This document shows, piece by piece, positions 47,776 to 55,567 of a stretch of DNA of 55,567 nucleotides (position 1 is its first letter; each line of letters begins with the position of its first letter). The notes below the pieces were generated by a model. It was not told where the DNA came from, made no database searches, and worked only from the letters and a program-made list of their open reading frames with translations. The stretch lies in contig JANPES010000268.1 in the NCBI GenBank assembly GCA_031423035.1, positions 1-55,567 on the forward strand, read 5' to 3'. The DNA is from Cyclobacteriaceae bacterium. GTDB taxonomy: Bacteria > Bacteroidota > Bacteroidia > Cytophagales > Cyclobacteriaceae. The translations under genes and the position numbers were made by a program.

Positions 47776-48579
47776 TCAGTCATTGTGGAATGTCGGCGTA
47801 GAATTGTCTTTCTTGCGCTCCAGGCCAAGAAAGTGCAAGAAGGTATCTCCTCGAAGGCCGAGGCGGATGGTTTCCAGGGGCACTACCTCTTCGGGAGCAA
47901 TGTTGCCAAGATTGACGTTTGCGCCAAGGAGTTTGATAAACCAAACCTGTTGTGCTTTTTGAGGAGCTTCCCAGATAATTTTTTCAGAGGGAATCTTGGT
48001 AAGGATTTCCTGAACGAGACCTGACCTGGGTTCTCCCGTTCCTCGGAACAGGCCCACATTGCCACCTTCACGTGCTTCCCCGATCACTTTCCATGCGCCC
48101 GCTTCCAATTCTCTTTGCATCAATTCAATCCAACGATACGGCGGAATAATCTTGTCGGCGTCCTTCGATCCAACTTCGGAAAGCACAATTACCTGAGACT
48201 TTAGCTTCTGGATATATTCACACTTTTTATCGTGGTCAAGATCGATGGAACCATCCGACACTTCAGCATACTTGAGACCAAATGTATCCAGTAACTTACG
48301 GTAGTCGTCAAACTGATCGCGTATGATAAAAGCTTCGAATAGGGTACCTCCAAAGTATGACGGCACACCGGCATTAGTATATACTTTGATTTTCTCCTTT
48401 AGGTGCGGCGTGACGTACGAGGTGGCCCATCCGAGCTTCACAATGTCCACGTGGTCTGCGCTGACTGACATAAAATCTTCAGCTTGCCGGACGCTCAGAC
48501 CTTTGTCCATGGCCATAGTAAATCCAAGTTGCCTGGGCTTAAGTGCTCGCTCAGGCAGGTTCTTCAGGGAGTAATTCAT
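47776..48579 (-). CDS. comA: Phosphosulfolactate synthase (ComA family)
   Basis: KPR..G.TM..DKG, D.VKLGW, GGTLFE, EVSDG, SEVGSK, EAREGG, WEAP and VNLGNI...LE..RLGLRGDT motifs. Confidence 0.92.
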   Translation of the reverse strand: MNYSLKNLPERALKPRQLGFTMAMDKGLSVRQAEDFMSVSADHVDIVKLGWATSYVTPHLKEKIKVYTNAGVPSYFGGTLFEAFIIRDQFDDYRKLLDTFGLKYAEVSDGSIDLDHDKKCEYIQKLKSQVIVLSEVGSKDADKIIPPYRWIELMQRELEAGAWKVIGEAREGGNVGLFRGTGEPRSGLVQEILTKIPSEKIIWEAPQKAQQVWFIKLLGANVNLGNIAPEEVVPLETIRLGLRGDTFLHFLGLERKKDNSTPTFHND

Positions 48580-49988
48580 AGCGGATTATCTTTTCTAAAT
48601 TGGTCGATGATCTTGAAGAGTGCTTTTTGTGTTTCAGGCTTCTGAAAAAAGTCAAATAAAACGGTGTGCCCTTCAAAATTCAAAATTAATGCATTTTCAA
48701 GATACTGGAAGGCCTCCTTGAATTTTCCGCCTTCAATGAGGTAAATGGCGATTCGGTAGAAGAACTCTGACTCGTCGGGAAGTTCAGACAACCCACTTTG
48801 CATAACCTCCACAGCCTTTTCGTATTCGCCCCTGTCATAGTAAATGAAAGACCAGTTGAGCCAGATTTCCTTGTCGGTGGCTCCAAGACGACTGGCTTCC
48901 TCATAAGCGCTAATACTGGAGATTGTATTTCCGATCTTAAATTCGGCATGTGCTGCTGCTTTCCAGTAATCCGGATTCTTGGCATCCAGTTTTACTGCTT
49001 TGTTGAAAAAGTGAAGTGCCTGGTACCACTTTTCCTGTTTTTCAAGACAGCTTCCGGCGCCAAACCATGCCTCGTCATATAGACTGTCAAGCTTGGTGGA
49101 TTTCTGAAAATACTTCAAGCCCAGGTCGTATTGTTCAAGCCCCTCGTACGCGGCACCCATGCAGCAGTAAACTTCAGGGCTTGGGCCTTCAATGTCTATG
49201 GTCTTGCGAAAGGCATCCAGGGCTTTGGTAAATCCCTGCTTATTCATGAGGGCATTTCCCATGTTGAACCACGCCGACGCAAAATTCTCATCCAATGCAA
49301 TGGCGAATTCATAGGCTTCAATGGCCGGGTCATACTGCTCCAGTTTATTGCAGACGATCCCAAGGTTGTACCAAGCTGGCGCAGAAAATGGATCTTCATC
49401 AATGAATTTTCTGTAATACGAAATGCTGGTCTCTAACTGTCCGACTACATCCAGGCAATAGGCCAATTCATACAGCGAGCCTTCATGGTTAAGATTTACT
49501 TCAATGGATTTCTTGTAACACGTAATGGCTTTTTCGAACTCCTCTTTGCTTTGATGGGCCAAGCCAAGACTATAGTAGAGCTCATCGTGATCAGAATCTG
49601 TCATGGTGAGCGCCTGCTCGTAAAGCTCAATTGCTTTCTCATGGTTACCCTGCAGGGAATAAATTGATCCTATGGAAAGCAGGATATCCAGATCAGCAGG
49701 GTGAAGATTGAGGGCTTGGTCAAGCAACTCAAGTGCCTCATCATACTTTTCGAGATTGGAAAGGATTTGTGCTTTTACGGAAATTAACTCAGTAGAATAG
49801 GGGTACTGCTCGATCGCCATTTCAACTGCCAGAAGCGCTTTCTTGTGTTTGGTCCGATCCAGGTAATAATAAATAATAGTCTCGTAGGCTTCGAGATCAA
49901 AGAACGCAGTGGTTTTTCTTTTCAGGGTATCTTCAAACCGCCTGACCAACTCCTCCTCTTCTTCTCGTTTCCTGAATTCTTGCGCCAT
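48576..49988 (-). CDS. Tetratricopeptide repeat protein
   Basis: More than ten TPR-like units (AWYNLG, AWFNMG..A...). Confidence 0.92.
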   Translation of the reverse strand: MAQEFRKREEEEELVRRFEDTLKRKTTAFFDLEAYETIIYYYLDRTKHKKALLAVEMAIEQYPYSTELISVKAQILSNLEKYDEALELLDQALNLHPADLDILLSIGSIYSLQGNHEKAIELYEQALTMTDSDHDELYYSLGLAHQSKEEFEKAITCYKKSIEVNLNHEGSLYELAYCLDVVGQLETSISYYRKFIDEDPFSAPAWYNLGIVCNKLEQYDPAIEAYEFAIALDENFASAWFNMGNALMNKQGFTKALDAFRKTIDIEGPSPEVYCCMGAAYEGLEQYDLGLKYFQKSTKLDSLYDEAWFGAGSCLEKQEKWYQALHFFNKAVKLDAKNPDYWKAAAHAEFKIGNTISSISAYEEASRLGATDKEIWLNWSFIYYDRGEYEKAVEVMQSGLSELPDESEFFYRIAIYLIEGGKFKEAFQYLENALILNFEGHTVLFDFFQKPETQKALFKIIDQFRKDNPL

Positions 49989-50113
49989 GCTCTAAGGGTT
50001 TGACCAAAATACAAAACTGGTCACGAAATATGAAAAAAGGACGCGAATATGTTTGCTACCCCATTTCTGGAGCAAAAGTGTAGCATAATTACCCTAACTG
50101 CAACTTGCTTCTT

Positions 50114-51079
50114 TCATTTGTTCCGACTAACATTTTGCGCATACTCGGTACAGCACCAGAAAATGCTTTCTTCGATCGTACGGAAACGGGTGCCCAGTAC
50201 GCGTTGTACCTTCTCCGTGCTGTAAGAATAGTTGCGAACGGTCATCATCCCTGATTGTCGGGTGACCTGTGGCTCCCTCCGTAGGATGAAACTTCGGAGC
50301 TCTTCTGCTAATCCAAACAAAGGAACTAACGAGGAGGAAATACGAATCGTTGGCGCGCGCTTGCTCCATTGTTTGGCCAGTCGTGCGAAGAACTTACCAT
50401 AGGGTATTGTACCGCCGGAGAGAATAAATCGCTCGCCCGATCGGGGCCGGATCAATAATTCGTAGACGACGTCGCTTACATCCCGCGCATCGACATAGTT
50501 CAAGTGTCCATCCGGATAGAAGCGATTTTCTGCCCACACATAATCGAAAAGCGTTGCACTGCTTCGATGAGACTGCGAGCCCGAAAGAATCACCGATGGA
50601 TTAACCAAGCCAACGGTCAACCCTTCTTCCGCACCACGATAGACCTCAAGCTCAGCCAGATATTTAGAGGTAGCATAGTCCGAAGTCTCTAGGCCTGTCC
50701 AGGAATGATCTTCGGTCACGATTTCACCCGGCTTTCTTCCAAGCGCGGAAACAGAACTGATATGAATCAGGTTTTTGATTCCGAGATGAAGGCAAACGTC
50801 AACAATATTTCGTGTTCCGCCAACATTGACATCCATGATCTCCTTTCGTCGCCGTGGATTAAACGAAACAAACCCTGCCGCGTGGATGACGGCGGTGGCA
50901 CCTTCCAGTGCGGTCTGAATGGTGAACGGATCCAGGATATCAATTTGCCTGATGATGACTGATTTAGGAAACGCGGTCTGCGGATCCCGTACCAGAGCAA
51001 GTACGTTAACCCCTTCCGCTACCAGTTTTTCAACGATATGGCGTCCAAGCAATCCAGAGGCGCCGGTAATTGCAACCAT
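50114..51079 (-). CDS. NAD-dependent epimerase/dehydratase
   Basis: TGASGLLG, HAAG, SSVSA and YATSK motifs. Confidence 0.9.
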   Translation of the reverse strand: MVAITGASGLLGRHIVEKLVAEGVNVLALVRDPQTAFPKSVIIRQIDILDPFTIQTALEGATAVIHAAGFVSFNPRRRKEIMDVNVGGTRNIVDVCLHLGIKNLIHISSVSALGRKPGEIVTEDHSWTGLETSDYATSKYLAELEVYRGAEEGLTVGLVNPSVILSGSQSHRSSATLFDYVWAENRFYPDGHLNYVDARDVSDVVYELLIRPRSGERFILSGGTIPYGKFFARLAKQWSKRAPTIRISSSLVPLFGLAEELRSFILRREPQVTRQSGMMTVRNYSYSTEKVQRVLGTRFRTIEESIFWCCTEYAQNVSRNK

Positions 51080-51081
51080 TT

Positions 51082-51801
51082 TCAGAGTGTATAATTGAGT
51101 AATGGGAGATCAAGCGCTTTCCGATAGGCTGTTGTCCTAAATACTTTGCGTAGCACGTGGGCATGATCCAGGTTATGGCAATCACTGCCCAGCATATCAA
51201 TCTCCCGGTTGGTGATCAATTTCTCTGCAAGGCGTTGGATGGGTGGGCCATAATATCCAATGAGCGAAAGCAGGTTTATCTGGAGCAGCACCCCGCGATT
51301 CCTGAGGTCTTCTGCTTTTTCGAGTGTCATATATTGATACCGTTCCGGATGGGCAAGGATGGGTTTGTACCCCTGAAGGGTAAGTGCAAAAATAAATTCG
51401 TTGAGATGCAGGGGCTCGCTGATAACATTGGTTTCAAAGAGCAGGTGATTGGTTCCGAAAGTAAGGAGTTTTTCTTTCCGTGTTACTGCGGTGAAGACCG
51501 TATCGTCCAGGTAATATTCTGCGGCGCATTCAAGCGGCACTTGATACCCACGTTCCCGTAGGTGGGGGAGAAACTGCTCGTACGCCGCTCGCACCGACTC
51601 AGCTGTGTTTCCAAAGTAGTCGGACATAATGTGTGGGGTGGTAATAAACTTCTTATACCCCAAATCAAGCAGGTGGTGAAGGACATCAACCGCCTCTGTC
51701 AGGGTCTTCACACCGTCATCAATCCCTGGAATGAGATGCGAATGCATATCCGTCACCAACGCGGTGGGGATGGTACTTTGCTTACTGAAGAATGAAAACA
51801 C
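51082..51801 (-). CDS. PHP-type tyrosine phosphatase (CpsB/CapC/YwqE family)
   Basis: DMHSHLIPGIDDG, TPH, AHPERY and GSDCH motifs. The GTG at 51801 overlaps the wzc stop. Confidence 0.92.
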   Translation of the reverse strand: MFSFFSKQSTIPTALVTDMHSHLIPGIDDGVKTLTEAVDVLHHLLDLGYKKFITTPHIMSDYFGNTAESVRAAYEQFLPHLRERGYQVPLECAAEYYLDDTVFTAVTRKEKLLTFGTNHLLFETNVISEPLHLNEFIFALTLQGYKPILAHPERYQYMTLEKAEDLRNRGVLLQINLLSLIGYYGPPIQRLAEKLITNREIDMLGSDCHNLDHAHVLRKVFRTTAYRKALDLPLLNYTL

Positions 51802-54110
51802 TAGGTTCGGAGAAATTTTTTCAACCAATTTTTTGGGGGAGCTTCTTCCTGATAATACCCATAACCGTACGTGTTTCCGGTGCTGGGCAGCGCATTGAGG
51901 ACGACCGCAACATTGGTCAATTTATTTATAGAGACAATACGCTCGATGTTTTTCAGGAATTCCTTTTTGGAATAGTTAGCCCGCACTACATAGATGGATA
52001 GGTCCGCACGCTTCATCGCCATGATTCCATCGGTCACAAGGCCCACAGGAGGAGTATCAATGACAATGTAATCATAGGTGGTCCTTAACTGGCTAAGCAG
52101 GTCTTCGAACTCGCCATTCAGCAGAAGTTCAGATGGATTGGGGGGATGAACGCCGGAAGGTATAAAGTCAAATCCATCCACTGTTGTCTTGATCACACAC
52201 TCTGCTACCGTATTCCGGTGAATGAGAATCGAACTTACGCCTTTGGTCGGGTCATAGTTTGGATAAGCTGCTGTCTTGGCCTTGCGCATGTCCAGGTCAA
52301 TCAGAATAACCCGTTTCTTGGAAAGCGCCAGGATTCCGCCCAGGTTCATGGCCAGGAAGGACTTGCCTTCGCCTGAAACCGTGGAGGAGATCACGATAAC
52401 CTTCTTTGGATTCGATGAAGTGAAGAAATCAAGGTTGGTACGAAGCGTGCGGATGGCCTCGCTCACCACAGAACGCGGATGGTCGACGATGTAGAAAGGA
52501 CTTATTGTGCTTGTTCTCATTTCAGGAATCACGCCCAGAATAGGAACGCTTGTTGCGACTTCGATCTCATGAAGGCCGGTTACTTTATTGTTGATGATGT
52601 AGACCAATCCAATAAAAAAGAAATTCAGCAGTAGCCCGGCTACGAAACCAATCCCAAGAATCATCAGTCGGTTTGGGGCGACCGGATCAGGGGAAAGTGT
52701 CGCAGAGGAGAGGATCTTGAAATCAGGCGTGCTTCCCGCTTGGGCTATTTCGAATTCAGCCCTGGCCTGCATCATGCTTAAATAGAACTCCTCGTACAAC
52801 TTGTAAAACCGTTGATTCTTGGAATACTGAGTTCCCTTTTCTGGCATCGTGGCAAACTGCTTCTCCAACTTGTCTTTCTTCTGATTGAGTTCTACCAGTG
52901 AATTGAGATAGCTCTTCTTTAGTTCTTTTACCTGATTGAGAAGCTGACCCTTGGCGGAACTCAGTTCGTGCTCCATCTTTTGGTAGGCAAAAGTGTTATC
53001 CTTGTAGGATAACGAAAGTTTCTTTTGGTCTTGTGCAAGTTTCTGAAGCTCCTCTATTTCTTTTTTAATGTATTCAGGAAGAGAGTTTAGCGACATGAAA
53101 CTATTTCCTGTAGTAAGGTCATCGTTCAGAAGATCAAGTTCAGTGATTCGCTTTCCGAGCTCAAATCGCTGCGAGTCAAGCTTGTTGATCATAAAAATGG
53201 TTTGGCGCAGGTCGGAGTCAACATTGATGCTCTTGTTCTTGAGTGTGAAGTCCTCGAAATAATTTTCAAAGTTTTGCATCTTTATTTCGACCAAGGCAAG
53301 TTCGTTATTGAGCCATTCGATTTTTTGTTTGTTGGCTCGGTTTTTCTGATCATTGCTATATTGGAGGTAGAGTGAATCAATCTTGTTCACAACCGTGTAC
53401 ACCTTCATGGGATTGAAATCCCGAAGGGAAACACGAATTGTATTTGCCTCAAAGTTGATCGGCTCTATTTTCAGATTACTTGTAAGGAAATCGAGTAGTT
53501 TGCCGCGGCTGTTGATGGTAATGAAGAAGTGATTATTATAGTCAGGCTGTGCTGATGGTGAAAGGCTAGCGGTAAGGGACCCTCCGGGGACGTTCACAGG
53601 TTCGCCCAGCACGGCTTCTTTCTCATCCCCTGAATCACCAATCTGCACGCGGTACCGGTTTCCTTCCAGAAAATCAAAATAGATCGGCTTATCCATGGCC
53701 CGTTCGTCTGAGAGGGTGTAATCAATCCGGAAGGGGGACCCCCGATACATTTCGAATTCCAATACATTTCCAATACTGTAATAGCTGACCCACAGATCAA
53801 GCGAATCTAATAAGCGACTAAAAAAAAGTTTGGATCGCATTTGCTCGATCTCGCCGGCCACCATGTTTCTGTTCTGGTCTTCCACCATTTGCTTGATCCC
53901 CAGCGCGGTGGCGTCCTGTTTGATATCCAGTTTGAGCTCTGAACTTGATTCGTAGACGTCCTTTGTCCAGCGAAGAGTCAGGTAGGCGGTAAGGTTGGTC
54001 GCCAGAAAAATCAAGACGATGATCCACACGTTCTTCTTCGCCAACATGGCGAGCTTGTCTATATCTATTTTTTCCAGATTACCCGACGAAGAAGGAGTCC
54101 GTGCGTCCAC
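51801..54110 (-). CDS. wzc: Polysaccharide chain-length regulator / BY tyrosine kinase
   Basis: Two transmembrane segments flanking coiled coils, E..R.LRTN, Walker A GEGKS, DLDMRK, IDTPP and Tyr cluster YGYGYY. Confidence 0.93.
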   Translation of the reverse strand: MDARTPSSSGNLEKIDIDKLAMLAKKNVWIIVLIFLATNLTAYLTLRWTKDVYESSSELKLDIKQDATALGIKQMVEDQNRNMVAGEIEQMRSKLFFSRLLDSLDLWVSYYSIGNVLEFEMYRGSPFRIDYTLSDERAMDKPIYFDFLEGNRYRVQIGDSGDEKEAVLGEPVNVPGGSLTASLSPSAQPDYNNHFFITINSRGKLLDFLTSNLKIEPINFEANTIRVSLRDFNPMKVYTVVNKIDSLYLQYSNDQKNRANKQKIEWLNNELALVEIKMQNFENYFEDFTLKNKSINVDSDLRQTIFMINKLDSQRFELGKRITELDLLNDDLTTGNSFMSLNSLPEYIKKEIEELQKLAQDQKKLSLSYKDNTFAYQKMEHELSSAKGQLLNQVKELKKSYLNSLVELNQKKDKLEKQFATMPEKGTQYSKNQRFYKLYEEFYLSMMQARAEFEIAQAGSTPDFKILSSATLSPDPVAPNRLMILGIGFVAGLLLNFFFIGLVYIINNKVTGLHEIEVATSVPILGVIPEMRTSTISPFYIVDHPRSVVSEAIRTLRTNLDFFTSSNPKKVIVISSTVSGEGKSFLAMNLGGILALSKKRVILIDLDMRKAKTAAYPNYDPTKGVSSILIHRNTVAECVIKTTVDGFDFIPSGVHPPNPSELLLNGEFEDLLSQLRTTYDYIVIDTPPVGLVTDGIMAMKRADLSIYVVRANYSKKEFLKNIERIVSINKLTNVAVVLNALPSTGNTYGYGYYQEEAPPKNWLKKFLRT

Positions 54111-54112
54111 AG

Positions 54113-54880
54113 CTATTTGGTGCTTTGAATGACAAGAAGTAGAGAGAGTGTACTGATAAAGAGACTGGCCAAACCAGAATAATCACGTAGACCTTCCGCA
54201 AATGGCTTCCGGACCGGCTCGAGGTAGATAATGTCGCCTGGCTCAACAATCATGTTTCCTGCAAGGAATCCCTGGGCTGTACTCAGGTCGACAAGAAAGA
54301 TCTGGTCCTTACGAACAATCCGGATATTGTGTGCTTTAGAATCGTTGGGTAAGCCTTTTGAAATTGCCAGAATCTCAGCCAGCGTTACGTTATGATTATC
54401 TAACCTGACGACCACTCCGCCTACTGCACCAAGCACAATGACCCGCTTGTTTTCAAACGTCAGTACAACAAAAGAATCCTTGAAGAATTTCTCATATTCC
54501 GTCTGAAGTATGGCCTCGGCCTGTCGTAAGGTAAGGTTCTCCAATTTCAATTCTCCGATGACAGGAAACTTCACAATCCCATCCAGATCGACCAGGTACA
54601 ATACTTTCGGTTTCACTTCAGCTGAGGTGCTGTTATCGCGTTGCGAATCTGCCGGATTTGGATCGATAATACGTTCTCCTTTGTTGGTATATACCTCCAG
54701 TTGAAGGAGATCGTTCTTTTGAATAACGTAATTTCGTTCAGTCTCAAGGACCTCTTTTGACAAGGTAGCGGACTTGAAATCCTCGGGTGTCTTGAGCATG
54801 ATATTTTGCTTATAGGAAGCACACCCCGCCAGGAACAGGGAGGTGACAGCAAGGAGGGTATTAAAGCGAAATCCTTTCAC
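54113..54880 (-). CDS. wza: Polysaccharide export lipoprotein (Wza-like)
   Basis: Lipobox LAGC, Y.I...D.L, VD.DG...FP.IG and PGDIIY motifs. Confidence 0.9.
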   Translation of the reverse strand: MKGFRFNTLLAVTSLFLAGCASYKQNIMLKTPEDFKSATLSKEVLETERNYVIQKNDLLQLEVYTNKGERIIDPNPADSQRDNSTSAEVKPKVLYLVDLDGIVKFPVIGELKLENLTLRQAEAILQTEYEKFFKDSFVVLTFENKRVIVLGAVGGVVVRLDNHNVTLAEILAISKGLPNDSKAHNIRIVRKDQIFLVDLSTAQGFLAGNMIVEPGDIIYLEPVRKPFAEGLRDYSGLASLFISTLSLLLVIQSTK

Positions 54881-54939
54881 AGTGCGTATTAAACGAAGGG
54901 TAAAAATACCGATTTCCCGTCAACTCGCGAATCCGGGCA

Positions 54940-55567
54940 TTACGAGGCTTTCTGAAACTCAGAAATGGCGCCCAGGTATTTCGCAATAACAATGGACTCA
55001 TCAAATTCTCTTTCCATCTTCTGCCTGCCATTTAGGCCAAAGCGAAGCAAAGTCTCATCGTCCAGCCGGCTCATTTTGATCATATTTTCCGCAAGATCTT
55101 TGGGGTCTTTCAGTTTACAGAGGAGACCATTGTGGTTGTTTTCAACGACCTGGTGACATCCGGGGACATCCGTTGCGATAATCGGCTTGCCGCAACTCGC
55201 AGCCTCCAGCAGGGTATGTGGTGTGCCTTCCCGGTAGGAGGGAAGTACAATGCAGTCGGCCGACTTAATGAAAGGGCGAACATCTTCAGAAGTGCCCAGG
55301 TATTCAATAGTTTTGTCGTCAATCCACCGTTGCACGGTAGCCTCCGATATTCCGCGGCGGTGTTTCGGGTCCTTTGCTCCGAGCACCTGGAAGCGAGCGT
55401 CAAGCCCTTGCGCTTTTAATCGCTTGACGGCCTCTACATATTCAAGAATACCCTTGTCAGTAATGAGTCGGGAGATGAGAAGGAAAGTAAATTTATTGTT
55501 CCGTGAGAAGGGACTGGGCGTGAATCGTTTCAAATCAATTCCGGAACCCGGGATGAGGTCCGCAGAG
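54940..55567 (-). CDS. Glycosyltransferase family 4 (5' end outside the window)
   Basis: IPGSGIDL, SRLI.DKG..E and PSYREG.P..LLEA motifs. The frame is open to the window edge. Confidence 0.92.
   Translation of the reverse strand, partial: SADLIPGSGIDLKRFTPSPFSRNNKFTFLLISRLITDKGILEYVEAVKRLKAQGLDARFQVLGAKDPKHRRGISEATVQRWIDDKTIEYLGTSEDVRPFIKSADCIVLPSYREGTPHTLLEAASCGKPIIATDVPGCHQVVENNHNGLLCKLKDPKDLAENMIKMSRLDDETLLRFGLNGRQKMEREFDESIVIAKYLGAISEFQKAS

Noticed and set aside
47776-48579. Coenzyme M biosynthesis or archaeal gene transfer
   Set aside because: No other com genes in the window, and the gene is integrated in a housekeeping operon with ordinary composition.

Overview
A gene-dense, mostly housekeeping chromosomal segment from a Bacteroidota bacterium. 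It is probably Cytophagales-like, an inference from the ubiE-porT pair, DUF3127, a GIN-domain protein, TAnnTTTG -7 promoter elements and a Wza/Wzc/PHP-phosphatase capsule locus. The window starts in the 3' end and right inverted repeat of an IS3-family element. About 55 CDS follow, including rnhB, two ilvE paralogues, prfB with an intact +1 programmed frameshift, rsgA, waaA, lysC, fbp, engB, ubiE, porT, aspS, tadA, sodA, uvrB, aroE, a DUF368 protein and comA. It ends inside a capsular polysaccharide cluster. I found no rRNA, tRNA, CRISPR array, prophage or recognisable defence system. The main unexplained structure is a dispersed family of short, degenerate 7-bp-period tandem arrays (shared consensus YANYYRR / YYRRNTR) in seven intergenic gaps of the first 17 kb. 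They usually start right after a stop codon and are often paired as long inverted arms. The most elaborate (16353-16530) has two 43-bp direct repeats flanking one complementary arm. Other candidates are a four-way-junction GC-rich element at 7475-7544, a MocR-divergent PLP/amino-acid gene cluster with small ORFs and repeated operator-like motifs, and a comA gene outside any coenzyme M context. All product calls come from motif recognition by eye; no database searches were run.
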